Source: a virus
Length of the DNA stretch: 42,175 nt
IMG/VR virus record: IMGVR_UViG_3300045988_088856
Coordinates: 1 to 42,175 of that record
Direction: 5' to 3' (one strand)
The translations under genes were made by a program, and so were the position numbers. Below are positions 26,020 to 32,726 of this stretch, piece after piece (the first letter of the stretch is position 1; each line of letters begins with the position of its first letter). The notes beneath the pieces are model-generated. The model searched no databases. It was not told the DNA's origin and was given only the letters and a program-made list of their open reading frames with translations.

Positions 26020-26763
26020 ATGGCGTTAAAATTTAGAGATGAACTGGCGCATAAGAGCAATTACGGTGGCACACGTAGCACGAGCGATATCAAATACATC
26101 GTAATCCACTACACCGGAAATGACGGCGATACTGCCGCCAACAACTGTCGGTATTTTCAGGGCGCAAACCGGCATGCCTCTGCTCACTACTTCGTGGACG
26201 GCGGGGCATATGTCTATAATTCCGTACCGGTCAAATACGTAGCATGGTCCGTCGGCGGGTTCTATTCAAAATCTAACGGCGCCGGCACTTACTATCAGAA
26301 GTGCACCAACGCGAACAGCATCAGCATTGAGATGTGCAACTGTGTGAAATCTGTTCCGGATGATGTGTTTGACCAGACGGTGGAACTAACAAAATATCTG
26401 ATGGAAAAATATGATATTCCAGCCAACTGTGTTATCCGTCATTGGGATGTTAACGGAAAATCCTGTCCGGCCCGATGGACGGGCAAAAATAACGATGGCT
26501 GGGAAGACTTCAAAGATGCAATCAAAGAAAATGATGATTACTTAAAAGAAAGGGTGGAAGGCGTGAAGTATTTTAGCAAAAATAAAAAAGCAAATGATAT
26601 TAAGGAATTTCTGCACAATCGGGAATTCGGAGCAGGAGAGAATAATCTGTCAAAGATTGCAGCAGCGAACTGCGAGTCAAAAGAATTAAAAGATGCCATG
26701 TTTGCTTTGGCTGAGAAAGGGCTGCTGGTTAAGCCCGACGGATTAAACAAAAAAGACGATTAA
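26020..26763 (+). CDS. Endolysin, N-acetylmuramoyl-L-alanine amidase (Amidase_2/PGRP)
   Basis: ATG follows AAGGAGAG. The motifs are YIVIHYTGNDGDTA, SAHYFVD, SISIEMCN and RHWDVNGKSCPARW. Confidence 0.85.
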   Translation: MALKFRDELAHKSNYGGTRSTSDIKYIVIHYTGNDGDTAANNCRYFQGANRHASAHYFVDGGAYVYNSVPVKYVAWSVGGFYSKSNGAGTYYQKCTNANSISIEMCNCVKSVPDDVFDQTVELTKYLMEKYDIPANCVIRHWDVNGKSCPARWTGKNNDGWEDFKDAIKENDDYLKERVEGVKYFSKNKKANDIKEFLHNREFGAGENNLSKIAAANCESKELKDAMFALAEKGLLVKPDGLNKKDD

Positions 26764-26787
26764 TGTCAAATTTTTACTAAATATGTA

Positions 26788-26816
26788 TTGACATTTTTTT
26801 ACAAGTGCGATATTAT
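26788..26816 (+). promoter_or_regulatory. Consensus-like orphan promoter TTGACA-N17-TATTAT
   Basis: Read directly. It has the same -35/-10 hexamers and spacing as the two immunity-region promoters. No ORF lies downstream. Confidence 0.5.
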
Positions 26817-26876
26817 TTTAACAGCATTAGAAAAAATGTAAAAAGTACAAAAGAGAATAAAATACAAAAGATACTG

Positions 26877-26905
26877 GAGCCTGTGGGAGATATTCTCACA
26901 GGCTC
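26877..26905 (-). terminator. Strong hairpin, probable terminator of the integrase transcript
   Basis: The stem GAGCCTGTG/CACAGGCTC can be extended to ~12 bp. A T-rich tract follows on the minus strand only. Confidence 0.45.
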
Positions 26906-26922
26906 TATTGGGTTAAAAAAGT

Positions 26923-26970
26923 TCTACACCTACAAGCCATCCGGACCTCCGAACTGCTTATAGGTGTAGA
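26923..26970. other. Candidate attP for the serine integrase
   Basis: The 10-bp perfect inverted repeats TCTACACCTA / TAGGTGTAGA flank a 28-bp centre. It lies 75 bp from the int stop in the only sizeable non-coding gap beside int. Confidence 0.4.
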
Positions 26971-27044
26971 TGTTTATAGGGCTTATTTATGCGGTTTTTG
27001 TGGATACATTATAGCAGATTTCTGTGAAAATGTGGATAAATAAA

Positions 27045-28520
27045 TTATGAATAATAGTAATACAGGCTAAGAGAATCGGTCTGGCGATCGTAGACAACCT
27101 TTTCAACCACGGAACGGATGGCAGACGCTTTTCTATCGTAATCAGCGTTCTCGTCCTTCAGCACATCGACAGCAGTCCGGATGCCGGCCAGAATGACCGG
27201 AGAATAATCAATATCGGCAGTGGTGGTCTTTGCCTTTAATAGGGATTCCAGCTCCGCCCGCTCTTTTTGTAAGATCTCTTTATTCTCTTTATATTCCGCC
27301 AAAGTGTCTACGCCATTTCGGTACGCTTCCTTGATGCGGGACTCTTTCTGCTCCAGCTTCTGCAGCTGTTCTTCCAGCAGGCTGGTGTCCTCATCGGTCG
27401 GGCGCCGGTTCTTCAGTAATTCATAATCAATGGTATTGGTTTGTAGTGTATCTTCCAGGGCGGCGATAACTTCCTGCTCCAGCTTTTTGCCGGGGATGCC
27501 ATTGGATGTGCTGCACTGCCCCTTGGTGTAACCGTGACATTGAAAATATTCATACCGGCTCTTACCACTCTTGTTCATGGTATTGTGATAGGAGAGAGAG
27601 CGACCGCAGTTCGGACATTTGACGATGCCGGATAGCCAGTGCTTCCGCAGGCTGATCTTGGCGGCTTTCGGTGCAAAATCATGCAGCCGCTTCTCGTGTG
27701 CTTTATCCCACAGATCCTCCGGGATGATGGCCGGATGATTGGATTTTCGGATGATGCCGTTCTCTGCGTTCTTCAGTTTCCTTTCTTTTGTATTCCCGTC
27801 CCAGCGGACATACCCCTTGTAAAACGGGTTGTCAATAATATACTGTACACCGCGGTTGTCGAAGTTGTTTCCGCGCTTGGTCTTGTATCCGAGACTATTC
27901 AAATCCTTAGCAATCTGCAGGAAGGACATACCATTGATATAGTTGTCATAGATCCTGCGGATGATCCGGGCCTCCTCCGGGACAATGACTGGCGGGTGCC
28001 CTTTGGCTTTGACTGCATAGCCCAGCGGTGGTGCCGTCTGAAATCCACCCCGCAGCGCTTTCTCCGTCATGCCACGCTTTACGTCTTCGGCCAGACGCAC
28101 AGAATAGAACTCATCCATCCATTCGATGATTCTCTCAATCAGGTCCCCGAACATTCCGTCAATGACCGGTTCCGATATGCTCACGACATCCACACCGCAT
28201 TTATTCCGCAGCAAAGATTTATAGACGATGCTTTCTTCCTGATTTCGGGCAAATCGGGAAAATTTCCAGACCAGAATCACATCGAATGGCCGGGGCGTTG
28301 TTTTGGCGGCGGCAATCATGCGCTGGAACTGCGGACGCTTCTTGGCAGATTTGCCGGATATACCGCTTTCAATGTAGATGTTGTCAGATGGCAGATAGAT
28401 ATGATTTTTCTTGGCGTAGTCTCTGATCAGACGCTTCTGGGCGTCTGGAGAGAGCTCCTCCTGCTTGCCGTGGGTGGAAACCCGGATGTAGGCGGCGCCG
28501 GTACGGGTTGTGGTTGGCAT
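27045..28520 (-). CDS. int: Large serine recombinase (integrase)
   Basis: It has an N-terminal resolvase domain (AAYIRVST), a recombinase domain, a zinc ribbon (CPNCGRSLSYH...FQCHG) and a C-terminal coiled coil. Confidence 0.9.
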   Translation of the reverse strand: MPTTTRTGAAYIRVSTHGKQEELSPDAQKRLIRDYAKKNHIYLPSDNIYIESGISGKSAKKRPQFQRMIAAAKTTPRPFDVILVWKFSRFARNQEESIVYKSLLRNKCGVDVVSISEPVIDGMFGDLIERIIEWMDEFYSVRLAEDVKRGMTEKALRGGFQTAPPLGYAVKAKGHPPVIVPEEARIIRRIYDNYINGMSFLQIAKDLNSLGYKTKRGNNFDNRGVQYIIDNPFYKGYVRWDGNTKERKLKNAENGIIRKSNHPAIIPEDLWDKAHEKRLHDFAPKAAKISLRKHWLSGIVKCPNCGRSLSYHNTMNKSGKSRYEYFQCHGYTKGQCSTSNGIPGKKLEQEVIAALEDTLQTNTIDYELLKNRRPTDEDTSLLEEQLQKLEQKESRIKEAYRNGVDTLAEYKENKEILQKERAELESLLKAKTTTADIDYSPVILAGIRTAVDVLKDENADYDRKASAIRSVVEKVVYDRQTDSLSLYYYYS

Positions 28521-28561
28521 AGTATCACGCTCCTTCTTTTGTATGTATAAGCAAAAATGGG

Positions 28562-28610
28562 TACAAAAATAACAGCCAGCGGGAAACGGATGTTCCGCTT
28601 GCGGTGGCTG
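28562..28610 (-). terminator. Minus-strand intrinsic terminator between the HNH gene and int
   Basis: A compound hairpin (CAGCCAGCGG...CCGCTTGCGGTGGCTG) is followed on the minus strand by TTATTTTTG. Confidence 0.5.
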
Positions 28611-28730
28611 CCCGGAGATGATACAATATTATTGAACGTACTGCGGTCATCTTCGGATCCGTGGTCTAATAATGAGATACCCGTATGGATTACGGGTGCA
28701 GGATTCTTGTTGGGAAGAAATCCTGTGATT

Positions 28731-28766
28731 TTCCGCTCCTGTTGGCGCAGGGGCGGAGTTTTTAGT
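28731..28766 (+). terminator. Plus-strand intrinsic terminator-like hairpin with no upstream plus-strand gene
   Basis: A ~10-bp stem (CCGCTCCTG/CAGGGGCGG) with a 6-nt loop is followed by TTTTTAGTTTTT. Confidence 0.45.
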
Positions 28767-28768
28767 TT

Positions 28769-29734
28769 TTAAATTTTAGCGCCTTTCTTACGATTACAAC
28801 GCCAGCAAAGCGTTTGCAAATTCTCTTCAGTGGTCAAACCTCCTTTAGAGACTGGTATGATATGATCAATTTCAAGAAGAAGATTTGGTTCTTGCTCAAC
28901 AGAAGCGCCACACTGCTTACATGTGAATCCGTCACGCTCCTTGATATGCTGACGAAGCTTGCTGGTCATAAGGGCTCGTTGACCGGCAACACTCTTTTTA
29001 AATTTAATCTTTTCAGATAAAAACGTAACAAATTTATTCAGATTCTCGATATCCATTACAACATCGCATTCAGTGGAAGCGTTTCCTCCAGAACTGATAT
29101 ATTTAAAAATGTATTTTGGAAAATAATCCGTACTCATATCAATTTCTTCAAAACCAAGTTTTTGCTCCAGTTTCTTTTTGCTGAATTTTTTTATAAGAGT
29201 AGGAATTTCAGTTTGAATACTATCAAGAATTTGTTTCTTTTCTGCTTGTAAATGATTCTTTCCTTCCTCAGCCGCCTCAAAATTATTTAAAATGTTCTCA
29301 AAACCTGTAAGGTATTCTTCGGTGGCTTTTATACCGAAGTATTTACAAATATATTCAAATGGTTTCTTGCGTGCGTTATCACAAACTGTGCGGGAACAAT
29401 TATGTATATTTGGGGAATATTGCTGTTCTTTTAAATGTTTTCTTTTATAATCCCATTTACTGGAATCGCTATAAGTTGCATTGCCGTAATCTGTCTTGTC
29501 TGCCGGTAAAGCAGTGTGTTTCAAATTTTCAATATGCTCATTCAGTTCATTGCAATCATTGATGTATGCATCTATACGCTGTTTAACATCTGTAAATTTT
29601 GTACTTTTATAATAAAAAGATTCATATATTTTCCAAACGACATAGATGGCAGCAAGTAATAAAAAAATTGGCCAGATAGCACTTATAAAATATATAATCA
29701 ATGCTATGATAATAATGGCTACAATAAATTGCAT
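28769..29734 (-). CDS. Membrane-anchored HNH endonuclease-domain protein (moron)
   Basis: ATG at 29734 lies 5 nt after AAGGAGG. It has an N-terminal hydrophobic hairpin (MQFIVAIIIIALIIYFISAIWPIFLLLAAIYVVW). The C-terminal HNH is RDGFTCKQCG...LEIDHIIPVSKGG...NLQTLCWRCNRKKG. The gene is AT-rich. Confidence 0.75.
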   Translation of the reverse strand: MQFIVAIIIIALIIYFISAIWPIFLLLAAIYVVWKIYESFYYKSTKFTDVKQRIDAYINDCNELNEHIENLKHTALPADKTDYGNATYSDSSKWDYKRKHLKEQQYSPNIHNCSRTVCDNARKKPFEYICKYFGIKATEEYLTGFENILNNFEAAEEGKNHLQAEKKQILDSIQTEIPTLIKKFSKKKLEQKLGFEEIDMSTDYFPKYIFKYISSGGNASTECDVVMDIENLNKFVTFLSEKIKFKKSVAGQRALMTSKLRQHIKERDGFTCKQCGASVEQEPNLLLEIDHIIPVSKGGLTTEENLQTLCWRCNRKKGAKI

Positions 29735-29777
29735 AATATCCTCCTTTGTAATAAATATCATCATAATTATTTTTTTA

Positions 29778-30233
29778 TCAATTATATGTGTAAAATTTTT
29801 TTGCCTCTATATTTTTGAACTCCATAATCATTTCTGTGTATCCCAGCATCCGAGCAATTTGTTCTTTGGTCAGATCAGGATTGGAATAGATTATTTCATC
29901 TGGTACTAAGAGTTCCGCCGCAAAGGTATTGGCTTCGTTTTCCTCTTTGGCTTTATTGAAAAATGTACTGCCGTAGAAATAGCAGTCATTTTTCCAATGA
30001 AGTCTTGAGTGACCCAGTTCGTGGCTTAGGACTACTTTTTCCAAGGGCGTGTCAATAATGCTGCTGTTTAGCATAATGCATTTCTGCCGTTTGATGAGCA
30101 GATAACACCCCATGATCTTTCCTAAATCCCCGATCTGAACCAAGACATCGGTACAATCACATAATTCATATGGATTGCGCGTGTGATATTTTCTTACGAG
30201 CTGATTCACGATGCTCTTGATATCCCGCTGCAA
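29778..30233 (-). CDS. immA: ImmA/IrrE-family zinc metallopeptidase
   Basis: It carries the HELGH motif and lies directly downstream of the XRE repressor, as in ICEBs1 immR-immA. Confidence 0.8.
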   Translation of the reverse strand: MQRDIKSIVNQLVRKYHTRNPYELCDCTDVLVQIGDLGKIMGCYLLIKRQKCIMLNSSIIDTPLEKVVLSHELGHSRLHWKNDCYFYGSTFFNKAKEENEANTFAAELLVPDEIIYSNPDLTKEQIARMLGYTEMIMEFKNIEAKKFYTYN

Positions 30234-30241
30234 ATTATCAC

Positions 30242-30658
30242 CTACTTTTCCCCTTTGTTTTTGTTGGGGTTGTATTTTACTTTGTTAATCTCTTTTACAG
30301 TCGTTACCAAAGAATTAAGCTGGTTGCGGAACAAAAGTTTTGTCTGTTCATCCATTTCTTCTCCGTCGTAGAACAACGGTGCTCCATCGTTGGAATCTAA
30401 TTTTTCCATCAATTCATTGACGGTTTTTGAGATGTCCCGTTTATCTTTATTTGTTAATCCCTTTTCTGTCTCCCCATTCAATAAGTAATCCATAGTTACA
30501 CCAAAATATTTTGCAACTGTATTTAACTTTTCTGCATTAGGTGTAGATTTATCCCATTTAACAATGGTTCCATTACCAAAACCAAGCTCTGCCTCCAAAG
30601 TGGGAAGGCTTATTCCTTCGGCATTGGCTAATTCTTTAATTCTTTCTTTTAAAGTCAT
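30242..30658 (-). CDS. immR: XRE-family repressor (CI/ImmR-like)
   Basis: ATG at 30658 follows AGAGGTGG. The HTH is ISLPTLEAELGFGNGTIVKWDKSTPNAEKL. The longer track ORF would run through a promoter. Confidence 0.8.
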   Translation of the reverse strand: MTLKERIKELANAEGISLPTLEAELGFGNGTIVKWDKSTPNAEKLNTVAKYFGVTMDYLLNGETEKGLTNKDKRDISKTVNELMEKLDSNDGAPLFYDGEEMDEQTKLLFRNQLNSLVTTVKEINKVKYNPNKNKGEK

Positions 30659-30699
30659 AAGCCACCTCTTTCTACAAGAAAATTTTCTCGAAAAAATAC

Positions 30700-30728
30700 T
30701 TGACAACAAGAAAATATTCTCGTATTAT
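30700..30728 (+). promoter_or_regulatory. Rightward (lytic) promoter TTGACA-N17-TATTAT
   Basis: Read directly. An operator copy occupies the spacer. Confidence 0.65.
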
Positions 30729-30829
30729 AGAGGATGTAAAGAGAAAACATTCTCGTAAATAGCGTAGAACAGCCAATAAACACCAAACAAAAAAGCTGTA
30801 ACTAGAATATTTTCAAATTGTTTAAAACA

Positions 30830-30858
30830 ATAATAGAATATTTTCTCTTTGTTGTCAA
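30830..30858 (-). promoter_or_regulatory. Leftward (repressor) promoter TTGACA-N17-TATTAT
   Basis: The reverse complement reads TTGACAacaaagagaaaatattcTATTAT. It faces the rightward promoter. Confidence 0.65.
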
Positions 30859-30932
30859 TAATATATTAGAATTTTTTCGAGTATTATTGATTGATTTTGC
30901 GGGTCGCAGTGGATTAACAGTTATATGTGGCC

Positions 30933-31052
30933 TTATACCACTTTTTCAAGATGGATAGTCATTGGGAGTGACTCTCCAACCCAGTAAGAAAGAGCGACTA
31001 CGTTATATCCAATGCGTCGATATTTCTGGGCAAGCTCAGCGGAAGTAATCAT
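30933..31052 (-). CDS. Tentative 39-aa HTH-like ORF coupled to a 5-codon leader ORF (31071-31054)
   Basis: AGGAGG-N5-ATG CAT CAG GTT CTA TAG A ATG... The leader stop lies 1 nt before the ATG. The peptide is MITSAELAQKYRRIGYNVVALSYWVGESLPMTIHLEKVV. A TGaTATAAT element lies at 31115-31123 on the minus strand. Confidence 0.3.
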   Translation of the reverse strand: MITSAELAQKYRRIGYNVVALSYWVGESLPMTIHLEKVV

Positions 31053-31145
31053 TCTATAGAACCTGATGCATGTCACCTCCTTTCGAGGAGTGCGATTTGC
31101 GACCCGCATAATTCATTATATCAAAACGTGAGAGGAGGGAAAATA

Positions 31146-31331
31146 TTGATTCTGAAGAAAATCGAAGAGCTCGTAAAGCAGCATGATATGTCAATCACAG
31201 CTCTTGAGAAAAAGCTTTCTTTTGGAAACGGGACAATCCGTAGTTGGGATAAATGTTCTCCGTCAATCGAAAAGCTTAAAAGGGTAGCCGATTATTTCGG
31301 TGTGTCTATTGAATATTTTCTTGAGGAGTGA
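31146..31331 (+). CDS. Cro-like XRE-family HTH protein
   Basis: TTG lies 7 nt after GAGGAGG. The HTH MSITALEKKLSFGNGTIRSWDKCSPSIEKL is paralogous to that of the repressor. Confidence 0.7.
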   Translation: MILKKIEELVKQHDMSITALEKKLSFGNGTIRSWDKCSPSIEKLKRVADYFGVSIEYFLEE

Positions 31332-31342
31332 GAGGAAACGCG

Positions 31343-31507
31343 ATGGTGAGAATAAAACATTGTTTATCAATCTATGAGTATAAGGGAAAGCGATACGCGG
31401 AAGCCTGGATACTTGTAAAAATTTTAAACAAAAGGTTCGCTTTCTGGAAGAGGAGGGAAGAAATCCCTGAAGGAAAGCCGCTGCGGGCACAGCGACTTTC
31501 TCAATAA
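31343..31507 (+). CDS. Hypothetical small basic protein (54 aa)
   Basis: ATG follows GAGAGGA. The ORF is below the track cutoff. Confidence 0.4.
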   Translation: MVRIKHCLSIYEYKGKRYAEAWILVKILNKRFAFWKRREEIPEGKPLRAQRLSQ

Positions 31508-31508
31508 T

Positions 31509-31649
31509 TTATTTAACGGCGGTAAATTCGGTGCCACCGCATTTCGGGCATTCAGGCATTTCGGTAGTGTTTGTTTCTAGTTTAATACTCGTGCCACACT
31601 GCTTGCAAACATAAATGCCTTCACCCGGACATTCACCAGAGTAAACCAT
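31509..31649 (-). CDS. Zinc-ribbon small protein (46 aa)
   Basis: ATG follows AAGGAG. The peptide MVYSGECPGEGIYVCKQCGTSIKLETNTTEMPECPKCGGTEFTAVK has two CxxC pairs. TGcTATAAT lies upstream on the minus strand. Confidence 0.55.
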   Translation of the reverse strand: MVYSGECPGEGIYVCKQCGTSIKLETNTTEMPECPKCGGTEFTAVK

Positions 31650-31723
31650 AAATTTTCTCCTTTCATAATACTCGGCATGGCTGTGCCTGTAAGGAAATTA
31701 TAGCATAAAAAGGGGTTGATTAA

Positions 31724-31918
31724 ATGGAAGGAATATCAGTTGTATCTCGACTCCCTACTGATGAGGAAATCACCAAAGAAATAGAAGGTCTGGAGCTGAC
31801 ACTTAAATTTCTCAAAAATTTGCTCAAGCTGAATGATGCCGGGCGCGAACAGGCGTTGATTTATATGTTTGGGCTGACGCATTTTGAGAAATATGTGAAG
31901 GAGGGAATAAAAGATTAA
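31724..31918 (+). CDS. Hypothetical protein
   Basis: Called as an ORF with an AAGGGG RBS. Confidence 0.5.
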   Translation: MEGISVVSRLPTDEEITKEIEGLELTLKFLKNLLKLNDAGREQALIYMFGLTHFEKYVKEGIKD

Positions 31919-31987
31919 GAGATGACTGAGGAACCTGTAAACAGCGTTCTTCATACCATAAATTAGCAATAGAAGGGAGCGATATCA

Positions 31988-32158
31988 ATGAAAAGAAAAT
32001 TGTTTTTCACGAACCGGACGACGGGAGAATGTAAAAGCGCAGAAGAACTCACTGAGAAAGAGCGTGAAGAAATCGGGTTAAAACTGAACCTGACTATGCT
32101 GGAAGCAATGGGGGCCACGCCGATGAAAGTGCAGAAAGATGAAAAAGCCTCTGCATAG
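31988..32158 (+). CDS. Hypothetical small protein (56 aa)
   Basis: ATG follows AAGGGAG. The ORF is below the track cutoff. Confidence 0.4.
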   Translation: MKRKLFFTNRTTGECKSAEELTEKEREEIGLKLNLTMLEAMGATPMKVQKDEKASA

Positions 32159-32260
32159 CGTAGCCCCAAAGCAAAGTGCCTTTTTGGGAGTGGCAGCTCC
32201 CGTAGGGCACAGTAACAAATAGACAAGCTTATTGTACAGCAGATTTGAGGGAAAAGAAAG

Positions 32261-32434
32261 ATGAAATTTATAAAAAACCTGATTTGCAATGCATTTGCAG
32301 TAGCCGGCGTGGTATTGCTGGTCTGGCTGACCATAAGCTGGGCGGATGTGCTGATGCATAACGATCCTATCACCGGGGATGCGGCGTACTGGCGGGGCAA
32401 TGCGATTGTGATGATGATTAATTTAATGGATTAA
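32261..32434 (+). CDS. Hypothetical small membrane protein (57 aa)
   Basis: ATG follows GAGGGAAAAG. It has one hydrophobic helix (NAFAVAGVVLLVWLTISW). Confidence 0.4.
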   Translation: MKFIKNLICNAFAVAGVVLLVWLTISWADVLMHNDPITGDAAYWRGNAIVMMINLMD

Positions 32435-32447
32435 GGGAGGATGAGAC

Positions 32448-32723
32448 ATGGCAAAAGTAATTGTGGAGCATGAAGGAGAAAGACATGAGTTTGAAGGTAG
32501 TTATGTGATTGGCTTTGCGATAGACGCCTCAGACGAAGCACATGTTGCTGTAGATGGGATGCACTATGGCTGGGGACGTACGCGCAACAAGGCGATAGCC
32601 CTGGGTGGGATAGTACGTTCTATGCTAGACAACCTGGCGGAGGGCGATGTTTCAATACATTCTGCTTTATATAGCTTGTTTCTGGAAGAATTACTCAACT
32701 ATAAAGAAAGTGAGGAGGAATAG
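32448..32723 (+). CDS. Hypothetical protein
   Basis: Called as an ORF with a GGGAGGATGAG RBS. Confidence 0.55.
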   Translation: MAKVIVEHEGERHEFEGSYVIGFAIDASDEAHVAVDGMHYGWGRTRNKAIALGGIVRSMLDNLAEGDVSIHSALYSLFLEELLNYKESEEE

Positions 32724-32726
32724 CAA

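Larger units (their letters stand above)
30677..30879. promoter_or_regulatory. Operator array: six copies of 12-bp pseudo-palindrome AGAAwwwwTTCT
   Basis: The copies are at 30677, 30709, 30742, 30804, 30835 and 30868. Two of them lie inside promoter spacers. Confidence 0.65.

Noticed and set aside
28557-28772. 71-aa + strand ORF in the int/HNH intergenic region.
   Set aside because: It has no RBS, is composed of hairpin-forming sequence, and ends inside a terminator-like stem. It is better explained as structured non-coding RNA or DNA.
30898-31108. 11-bp perfect inverted repeat TGCGGGTCGCA / TGCGACCCGCA flanking 189 bp of the immunity region (a possible invertible switch).
   Set aside because: A few 11-bp inverted repeats within 300 bp are expected by chance in a window this size. 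No dedicated invertase lies nearby, and no promoter lies inside the segment.
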